The translations under genes and the position numbers were made by a program. A DNA stretch of 64,000 nucleotides, from the IMG/VR virus record IMGVR_UViG_3300048072_000060; one strand, written 5' to 3'. The stretch comes from an uncultured virus (IMG/VR IMGVR_UViG_3300048072_000060) (lineage: Duplodnaviria > Heunggongvirae > Uroviricota > Caudoviricetes). Numbering within the stretch: position 1 is the first letter of the stretch; each line of letters begins with the position of its first letter. Under the pieces are notes generated by a model. The model saw only the letters and a list, made by a program, of their open reading frames with translations. It was not told where the DNA came from and did no database searches. Below are positions 57,157-64,000 of the stretch, piece after piece.

Positions 57157-58709
57157 GCTGCCTCTCCCTTGAACGCAAACGGGTTTTCGACAAATGAGCA
57201 CGAATCGGAGAGCCTACGGACCAGGCCCAATCCCACGAGTCGGGCCTCAAGGTTGTCTCGATTCTCGCTAAGCTCCTCTTGGTCAACGAGCTTCTCGTCG
57301 ACTAGGCGGGCCCCTTCGGCGTCGCCAAGCACCAGGCCATAGCGCCGTTTGGCTTCGACCAAGAACTCGTCGAACTGCATGCGGTCATCGACGATGGTCA
57401 CCACGATCGACTTCAAAAGCCGATCGTTGGGAGCGTAGCGGGTGCGCCGCGAGAGCCTGCGGGAGCTCAGCCCAATTGCGCGTGACCAGGACGCATGGAT
57501 CTTGCCGACGTGCTGCTCATGGCGCGCGAGCGCGAGTTCGACCAATTTGCCGACCAGAGCGTCCGGATTTTCGCCAGAGTAGTCCTGGTCGTCCTCGCCA
57601 TCGACTGGGGGCCACTGGAAACGCTCACGCATGAGCCTCACGCGCTCGGCCTCGGGGAACTCGCTTGAACCGGCTTTGACCCAGCCAGTGTCCTGCCGGA
57701 TCGAATCGACATGTGCGCGGACCGCTTTGGCGGGGAGGCCCTGGTTGCGCTGGTAGCTATCGCCGGAGAGTGCCCGGACCTTCGTACGCTCCTTGGAGAC
57801 AATTTCGCAGACGATCTCCACCGGATCGTCGTCCCCTGCCACTCGCTTCGCTCGATCGAGGAGGTAGATCAGCATGTTGAGGCCCGAGATGGCAATCAGA
57901 TGCTCCAAAGCGTCATAAATCGGCATGTCCTTAGCCAGAATCGATAGCCAGTCATCGCAGATCTGGTCGAAGCGCGGATTAGTGGCCTCGGGTAGATAGC
58001 CCGACTGCCGCGCATCTTCTGCGCGCTGTGAGGCGCCTTGCATCGCGCGTGCGAGGCGGTTCATCGGCGCCTCGCGATCGAACAGACGCTTAGCCAGTAT
58101 GTCGCCGAGTTCGGCGCCGCGCTGGGCCCGAGTAAGCATCATGTAGAGCAGTTCGCCGGTGCGCGCAAAGAAGCGCCGGTCATTGCTCATCTTGCCCTTT
58201 GAGTCGATCTCCAAGTCTTCATAGAGGGCGTCGGGGCCGAATGGGAAAACGAACTTGGAGCTCCAGCGCTTGTTACTGCGCGACTCAAACGAGGATGAGC
58301 GCAGGAGTTCGACGGCCTTGGCGAAGTCATCGAAGCTCGCGAACGAGTGGCGCAGATAAGCCATGTCGTCGACGCTATCACCGTTGCCTGTAGCTCCCTG
58401 ACTGAACCTCTCGAACCACTGCCGCCACTTCTCGTCGTCAGATAGCGCACTCTCGGCGATAGATTCGACGTAGGGGTTATTGAAGAGTAGGCCGCGAAGG
58501 CGGATCTGGCGTTGCGGCTGGAATTTGAATGCCCCGCCCAGGCCGTCGTGGGGACGCAAGGGCTTGCCCAGGTTGGAGCCCAGTGCGCCCAGGAACTCAA
58601 GTACCGTTAAATGAGGGAGTTGCTCGTCGTAAAGGCGATGTCCCCAGATATTCTCGTCGACGCAGAAGTCAACATTCTTGATCTCGGGGCGTTTGAAAAT
58701 CTCGCTCAT
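57150..58709 (-). CDS. sspG: SspG-like protein
   Basis: 519 aa; IWGHR..DEQ, FF.RTGELLY, C-terminal GL.RRLSD; between the F- and H-like genes. Confidence 0.72.
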   Translation of the reverse strand: MSEIFKRPEIKNVDFCVDENIWGHRLYDEQLPHLTVLEFLGALGSNLGKPLRPHDGLGGAFKFQPQRQIRLRGLLFNNPYVESIAESALSDDEKWRQWFERFSQGATGNGDSVDDMAYLRHSFASFDDFAKAVELLRSSSFESRSNKRWSSKFVFPFGPDALYEDLEIDSKGKMSNDRRFFARTGELLYMMLTRAQRGAELGDILAKRLFDREAPMNRLARAMQGASQRAEDARQSGYLPEATNPRFDQICDDWLSILAKDMPIYDALEHLIAISGLNMLIYLLDRAKRVAGDDDPVEIVCEIVSKERTKVRALSGDSYQRNQGLPAKAVRAHVDSIRQDTGWVKAGSSEFPEAERVRLMRERFQWPPVDGEDDQDYSGENPDALVGKLVELALARHEQHVGKIHASWSRAIGLSSRRLSRRTRYAPNDRLLKSIVVTIVDDRMQFDEFLVEAKRRYGLVLGDAEGARLVDEKLVDQEELSENRDNLEARLVGLGLVRRLSDSCSFVENPFAFKGEAAC

Positions 58710-60643
58710 GCTGGCGTCCTCACGCTTACAGGACGGGCGAAGCCGCGGCCTCCGGGCTCGATGTCGATGAAATTCAACGTCAGCGCTGAGGCTTCCTCGC
58801 CGACTTCGTCGTCATCGCCTACAAAGCCTGCCTTGCGGACGATCTCCGCTTTGCGCAGCAACTTGGCCTTGAACGCAAGCAGGTCTTCTAGGCACTCGTT
58901 GGAAAAGCTCGCCGGCAGCGCACCTTCGGCCACTCGGGAGAGGAACTCATGCCGAATCGGCGTGAGGTCGAAGGCGACAGAGTTGCCTGGCCCAGGCGAG
59001 AGCGATACGTCGAGCTGAGGGCGGCCAGTTTCCTCGTCGAGCTTGATCGCCATACCGACGCCACCTTGCCTGCGCGAAGGCGTCTCGTAGTCGCAAAGCA
59101 CGCTCACTCGGCTTTGCGTGAAACCGCCGGAGCTGGCGATGAAGATGCGGTCGACATTCTCCAAGAGCAGGCCAGTCATGACTCGGTTCAGCCCCTTGGT
59201 GATACGCCCACGTGTGGCTTCGCTCACCGCCTTCTTGGCTTGGAGCGACTCGATGATGTCCAAGTAGTCGCCTGCGAATCGGAAGGCCGTCATCGACCAA
59301 CGGGGATATCCAGGTTCGCTTTCGGGAAGCGTGAAGTAGAGGCGGCGGCGCTGAGCCTCAAGCATCTCCAAGAAATCTGAGAACCCACCCTCCAGTCGAG
59401 CGCCTTCATGGCCCTCCAAGTATGTGTCTTGGGCAGCGCGAAATTCCGTCGTTGCGCCATAAACCGGGTCGACGCCTACCAAACGCTCGAAGTCGGCTTG
59501 GAGCCGAGAGTCGTCCTTGCCGTAGACCAGCAGACCATCTGCCGCGTTGGTCGTCTCGTCGCCGACACCGAAGCTAGCCATAGCCTTGAATACGGGCCGA
59601 TCGGATGCCCTGCGCTTGGGCAAGTTGCCCGCGAAGGCGTTGGCGTAGATGCTGGCTCTGCCGACGTGCCCGCTTTCTTGGATATTGGACACTTCGGCGC
59701 AAGTCATGAGATTTTCCTTGGCCTCCTTGGCATCCGCATAACCGAGAACCATGTTTGAGCACAAGGCCAGCAGATCGCGCACAGGAAGGTGAAGCCCATT
59801 GAGGCGAGCGATCTCCACCAGGTCGCCCAGCCGATGCGCGAGCTGCCCGCCATCGGCCTCACCGAGGAGTCGTCGGCGGTTGTCATCGATCGGGCAGACT
59901 TTTTGATTGACTTTCAAGGAGCAGCGCGCGCAGTTGTCCCATTCGGGATGCCCGGCGACAGCCTTGGCGACTTCGTCGAGTGTCTTTCGAGTGGTCGTGC
60001 GGCTGAGGTCGAAGACGGCCAGACGATCTGGCGCCGGGCCGGCTTGCAGGAAACGCTCCTGCAGGGGCTTGCGAAGCGGATGGACGCGGCCTTGGCGCTT
60101 ACCCAAATCGCGCAGGCGGTCCAGAATCTGGCCGTGGTTGGCCGCGAGAATGACCACTTCGGAGTCGCCGCCACCCAGGACCGATTTCTCGAGCCGCTGT
60201 AGCGGTAGATCGCTCTCTTCGCCATTGAACTCGGATAGATCCTTGATGAAGACTGCCAAGCGACCATCAGCTAGGCGCAACTCTTTCACATTGCCCTTGG
60301 CTGCCCACGTCTTAGCATCGCCTCCGATGCGCGTCCACAAAGCTCGGCAGTGGTAAGTTTTTCCATCTCCTGCTGTTCCAACGATCAGCATGGATCCAGG
60401 GGCATTTGACTCAATGTGCTGGACCATTGGTTCTAGCAGCGGAGTAGAAAGACGGATAGGCTGAACTTTTGCTCTACTTATTGCGCCAGCCACGTATTCG
60501 TCAAACATCGTCAAGTTATTCGGCGTGGGACCATAGCTGCGCAAGAACCTGACCCAAGCACTGGCTGGAGGAACCCCGTGCTCAGCTTCGCCCTTCAGCG
60601 GCACACTAGCTTCGTTGCTCGTATTTTGAACATCATTTTCCAT
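58706..60643 (-). CDS. sspF: P-loop NTPase, SspF-like
   Basis: 645 aa; GTAGDGKT, IKDLSE, AANHG.L, C..C..CPI..N. Confidence 0.75.
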   Translation of the reverse strand: MENDVQNTSNEASVPLKGEAEHGVPPASAWVRFLRSYGPTPNNLTMFDEYVAGAISRAKVQPIRLSTPLLEPMVQHIESNAPGSMLIVGTAGDGKTYHCRALWTRIGGDAKTWAAKGNVKELRLADGRLAVFIKDLSEFNGEESDLPLQRLEKSVLGGGDSEVVILAANHGQILDRLRDLGKRQGRVHPLRKPLQERFLQAGPAPDRLAVFDLSRTTTRKTLDEVAKAVAGHPEWDNCARCSLKVNQKVCPIDDNRRRLLGEADGGQLAHRLGDLVEIARLNGLHLPVRDLLALCSNMVLGYADAKEAKENLMTCAEVSNIQESGHVGRASIYANAFAGNLPKRRASDRPVFKAMASFGVGDETTNAADGLLVYGKDDSRLQADFERLVGVDPVYGATTEFRAAQDTYLEGHEGARLEGGFSDFLEMLEAQRRRLYFTLPESEPGYPRWSMTAFRFAGDYLDIIESLQAKKAVSEATRGRITKGLNRVMTGLLLENVDRIFIASSGGFTQSRVSVLCDYETPSRRQGGVGMAIKLDEETGRPQLDVSLSPGPGNSVAFDLTPIRHEFLSRVAEGALPASFSNECLEDLLAFKAKLLRKAEIVRKAGFVGDDDEVGEEASALTLNFIDIEPGGRGFARPVSVRTPA

Positions 60644-60862
60644 GCCGGCTTTCCTTGCTTTCTATATTTCGCATGTCGAATATCTGCTTGAAGAGCAGGA
60701 ACGAAGAGGTGGGTGTCTTGAAGTCAGCCGCATCCACTGGGCCGCGCAGGATGTTGGCGGGTTCCCAGGGGGAGATGCAAGCTGGCTGAGCGTTGCGGTT
60801 TGATAGGACAAAATTGGGCTGTCTATTGTTATTTATTGCGCAGATGGCATTATCTCACCAGT

Positions 60863-60889
60863 GTGGCGCAAAATATGAGCCACTACAAT
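60863..60889 (+). promoter_or_regulatory. Palindromic box 1 with adjacent -10 element, upstream of the WYL gene
   Basis: GTGGCGCA-AAATA-TGAGCCAC (60863-60883) immediately followed by TACAAT. Confidence 0.7.
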
Positions 60890-60911
60890 CCCCTTTTTGG
60901 CCCGAGCCCCT

Positions 60912-61904
60912 ATGAACCGCACCGAGCGTTTCTACAAAATCGACCAAATGCTCCACGAACGGCGCGTGGTGACGATCGAGGTGTTTCTCGATGAGTTAGA
61001 CGTTTCTCGAGCCACATTCAAACGGGACATAGAATACATGCGGGACAGGCTTCATGCCCCGATCGTTTGGGGCCGGAGTGTGGGCGGTTACCATTTCGAG
61101 AACGTCAAGGCCACAGGACCCACCTATGAGTTGCCCGGCCTCTGGTTTTCGGCCGGTGAGTTGTATGCGCTGCTGGCTGCCCACAAGCTGCTGGATGATA
61201 TCGAACCCGGCATCTTGGCAGTCCATGTAGCTCCTCTTCAAGCACGTTTGGCGGCGCTACTGGAGGCGTCGGGCCATTCAGCCACTGAAATCACTCAGCG
61301 GGTGCGCCTGCTCTCGATGGCCAAGCGGACAGTCGAGTCGAGGTTCTTCACCGACATTACAATTGCCCTACTGGAACGCAAGCGCATCGATATCGATGCC
61401 TGGAACCGAGGTCGAAACGAGATCAATACACGGACGATCTCTCCGCAGCGCCTGGTTCATTACCGGGACAACTGGTATATCGATGCGTGGTGCCATCTGC
61501 GCAACGACCTGCGCAGCTTCTCCGTGGATGCCATACAGCGCGTCAAAGTACTACGGGAAAAGGCGCGCAATGTGGCATCGGCAAAGCTCGATAGCCATTT
61601 CACTTCGGCCTACGGAATATTTGGTGGCCATGCTACGGCTTGGGCGATTCTGCGGTTTTCGCCAGAACGCGCCCGTTGGGTGCAATCTGAGCGCTGGCAC
61701 TGCGAACAACAGGACGAATCGCTTGCCGATGGCAGCTACCGCCTTCGCGTGCCTTACGCCGACGCGCGAGAGTTACTGATGGATATTCTGCGCCACGGCC
61801 GGCATGTGGAAGTGGAAGGGCCCGAGTCGCTGCGTCGTCTGGTAGCCGATGAAGTGTCCGCACTGACTGGGATGTATCACGGGTGCTATCTGATCAATTC
61901 ATGA
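60912..61904 (+). CDS. HTH-WYL-WCX transcriptional regulator (YafY/PafC/DriD-like)
   Basis: ELDVSRATFKRDIEYMR wHTH; RTISPQRLVHYRDNWYIDAWCHLRNDLRSFSVDAI WYL; ILRHG..VEV.GP.SLR. Confidence 0.92.
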   Translation: MNRTERFYKIDQMLHERRVVTIEVFLDELDVSRATFKRDIEYMRDRLHAPIVWGRSVGGYHFENVKATGPTYELPGLWFSAGELYALLAAHKLLDDIEPGILAVHVAPLQARLAALLEASGHSATEITQRVRLLSMAKRTVESRFFTDITIALLERKRIDIDAWNRGRNEINTRTISPQRLVHYRDNWYIDAWCHLRNDLRSFSVDAIQRVKVLREKARNVASAKLDSHFTSAYGIFGGHATAWAILRFSPERARWVQSERWHCEQQDESLADGSYRLRVPYADARELLMDILRHGRHVEVEGPESLRRLVADEVSALTGMYHGCYLINS

Positions 61905-61923
61905 GGCGCAGTATTTGAGCCAC
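61903..61923 (+). promoter_or_regulatory. Palindromic box 2, upstream of rtcB
   Basis: GAGGCGCA-GTATT-TGAGCCAC, 15/16 arm positions identical to box 1. Confidence 0.7.
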
Positions 61924-61978
61924 CTACTCCTTGACAATACGCACATGCGATAAGGTGCGTACATAGAGGGGGTAGCAA

Positions 61979-63175
61979 ATGCCGATCAAGCAAGTTCTGA
62001 CCGACAAGAGAGTGCCGGTCAAAATCTGGACCGACGATGTTGATGACAATTCCAAGCAGCAGCTGGCCAATATCGCCAGCCTGCCTTTCATCCACCATCA
62101 CGTCGCAGCCATGCCCGACGTGCATCTTGGCATTGGCGCGACGATTGGGTCGGTGATCGCCACACACAAGGCCATCATTCCTGCGGCGGTGGGCGTCGAT
62201 ATCGGCTGCGGCATGGTCGCATGCCGACTTTCCATCACGGCCAACGATCTCGATGAAAAATCGCTGAAGGGCGTTTTCGAGCAGATCAGCCGCGATGTGC
62301 CTGTTGGCCGAGGCATGCACAACAACCGACGGTCGTTCGAGGATCAAGCGCAGCCATTCGCAACGGGGCTGAGCCGTATCCTGGAAAAGCATCCGACACT
62401 GGGAAAGACCATCTGCGGCACGACCAAATGGGTCAAGCAACTCGGCACCCTCGGCGGTGGCAATCACTTCATCGAGGTCTGCTTGGATGAATCCAACCAG
62501 GTGTGGGTCATGCTGCACTCGGGGAGTCGGGGTATTGGTAATGCGATGGCCGAATACTTTATCCAGTTAGCCCGCAAGGACATGGAACGCTGGATGATCC
62601 AGTTACCGGATCGTGATCTCGCCTACTTCCCTGAAGGCACCGAGCATTTCGACGACTACGTCGAGGCGGTGCATTGGGCGCAGGAATACGCCCTCAAAAA
62701 CCGGGAGTGCATGGTCGATCTGGTGCTGGCGGCATTAAGACGGCATTTGCCGCCTTTCGATGTGACCAGCGAAGTGGTGAACTGTCACCACAACTATGTG
62801 GCCAAGGAGCATCACTATGGTGCCGATGTCTGGGTGACTCGCAAGGGCGCTATCCGGGCACGCGAGGGCGACCTGGGCATCATCCCGGGCAGCATGGGGG
62901 CGCGGAGTTACATTGTGCGCGGTTTGGGTAATCCGGAAAGTTTTACTTCCAGCGCTCACGGTGCCGGGAGGCGCATGAGCAGGACAGCGGCAGAAAAACA
63001 GTTCACCGAATCGGACATGCTGAAGCAGACCGAAGGTGTGATCTGCCGCAAGGACAAGGGCGTGATCGATGAGATTCCCGGCGCCTACAAGGACATCGAT
63101 GCGGTGATGGAAAACCAGAAAGACCTGACCGAGACGCTGCACACCCTGAAGCAACTGGTGTGCGTGAAAGGGTAG
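61979..63175 (+). CDS. rtcB: RtcB-family RNA ligase
   Basis: MPDVHLG.GATIG, VGVDIGCGM, GTLGGGNHF, HSGSRG, HHNY, IIPGSMG, HGAGR, DEIPGAYKD. Confidence 0.95.
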   Translation: MPIKQVLTDKRVPVKIWTDDVDDNSKQQLANIASLPFIHHHVAAMPDVHLGIGATIGSVIATHKAIIPAAVGVDIGCGMVACRLSITANDLDEKSLKGVFEQISRDVPVGRGMHNNRRSFEDQAQPFATGLSRILEKHPTLGKTICGTTKWVKQLGTLGGGNHFIEVCLDESNQVWVMLHSGSRGIGNAMAEYFIQLARKDMERWMIQLPDRDLAYFPEGTEHFDDYVEAVHWAQEYALKNRECMVDLVLAALRRHLPPFDVTSEVVNCHHNYVAKEHHYGADVWVTRKGAIRAREGDLGIIPGSMGARSYIVRGLGNPESFTSSAHGAGRRMSRTAAEKQFTESDMLKQTEGVICRKDKGVIDEIPGAYKDIDAVMENQKDLTETLHTLKQLVCVKG

Positions 63176-63201
63176 TACGGAGAAGGTTTCAGGGGGAAAG
63201 C

Positions 63202-64000
63202 ATGGATACGAAAAACTTGGTGGTCGGCAGCCGTATTGAGCATGGGCTGCATGGATCGGGATCCGTCACCTTTGTTGGCACGGACTATCTCGGGATTGCG
63301 TTTGATGGTGAAGGCGAAGCGTTGATTCGCCGCGAATCGCTGGAAAAGGAAGCGCCCGATGTCGTTGAGCCGCACGAGCCCGCGCGTGAATCGCCTCCCT
63401 GGCCGGCATCGACTTTTGTCCCCGAAGGGGAGGATGCTCAACATTATCTTGGCTCGCACTGGGATCCATTTGTCGAGGATTCGAAGGAACTGATGGGCCG
63501 CCTGCCGGAAATCGTGCCGAACGCTCTGGTGCAAACAGGGTACGGCGAAGATCGAAAACCGGCCCGATCGGTACCGGACAACTGGCCGAAGGGGTTTCAG
63601 CTGGTTTGGCCACTGCGCGTACAGGGGCTGGCACTGATTCTCCGTGTCGAAAAGGAGGCCAACATGATCGTCAGCCTCTTCCCTTTCTTCGCCACCGGCA
63701 GCCAGCACACCCTGACCTTGCGCGAGGTCAACGTTTGGGAGGGCGGACTGGAAGCGCAGATCACCGCCAGCTGGGGCGAAGGTGAAGTGACGTTCTTCGA
63801 TACGCAGTACCTGATCAATCGGGTTTGGTACGAAACGGGCAAGGATTACGATTTCATCTTTTCCGGCATCGCCTACAACGCAGGCCCAGCCGAGAAGCAC
63901 GAGTGGAAGATCAATCGGCATCCCGACGAAGTGGCTTGGATGAACCAGCGGCTAAAGGAGGGCGAGGAGCCCCACGAGACCGCCTGCACCATGAGCATGG
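63202..64000 (+). CDS. Uncharacterised protein, truncated by the window end
   Basis: ATG 63202 after AGGGGG; frame MDTKNLVVGSRIEHGLHGSG... reads open to the end; absent from the ORF track because there is no stop. Confidence 0.7.
   Translation, partial: MDTKNLVVGSRIEHGLHGSGSVTFVGTDYLGIAFDGEGEALIRRESLEKEAPDVVEPHEPARESPPWPASTFVPEGEDAQHYLGSHWDPFVEDSKELMGRLPEIVPNALVQTGYGEDRKPARSVPDNWPKGFQLVWPLRVQGLALILRVEKEANMIVSLFPFFATGSQHTLTLREVNVWEGGLEAQITASWGEGEVTFFDTQYLINRVWYETGKDYDFIFSGIAYNAGPAEKHEWKINRHPDEVAWMNQRLKEGEEPHETACTMSM

Noticed and set aside
63085..63921. 278 aa minus-strand ORF, and the many other long antisense ORFs in the track
   Set aside because: Shadow frames of better-supported genes, expected from high-GC codon bias

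Overview
GC-rich proteobacterial DNA. The window opens with a tRNA-Phe(GAA), followed by a largely intact lambdoid/siphovirus-like prophage (about 0.4-44.2 kb). The prophage carries: a left regulatory/accessory module (DUF2188-like gene, two unknown genes, a divergent XRE-HTH + ImmA/IrrE metallopeptidase pair resembling CapH/CapP, and a trypsin-like protease); DUF2924 + large serine recombinase; an early recombination/replication operon ending in a P4-type primase-helicase; a candidate lambda-like cos site; two ParB-fused DNA methyltransferases; an antisense array of small genes behind a 4x repeated promoter-like element; and head, tail and lysis genes. Directly after the endolysin is a single-strand DNA phosphorothioation defence locus (sspBCD convergent with sspFGH-sspE, no sspA). 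Then come a WYL-domain regulator, rtcB and a truncated unknown gene; the WYL gene and rtcB share a 21-bp palindromic box. No att duplication, CRISPR array or reverse transcriptase was seen. All family calls come from motif recognition by eye, not database searches. Best candidates for undescribed biology: the CapH/CapP-controlled unknown operon, the WYL-box/rtcB regulon next to the Ssp locus, and the repeated-promoter cassette array.
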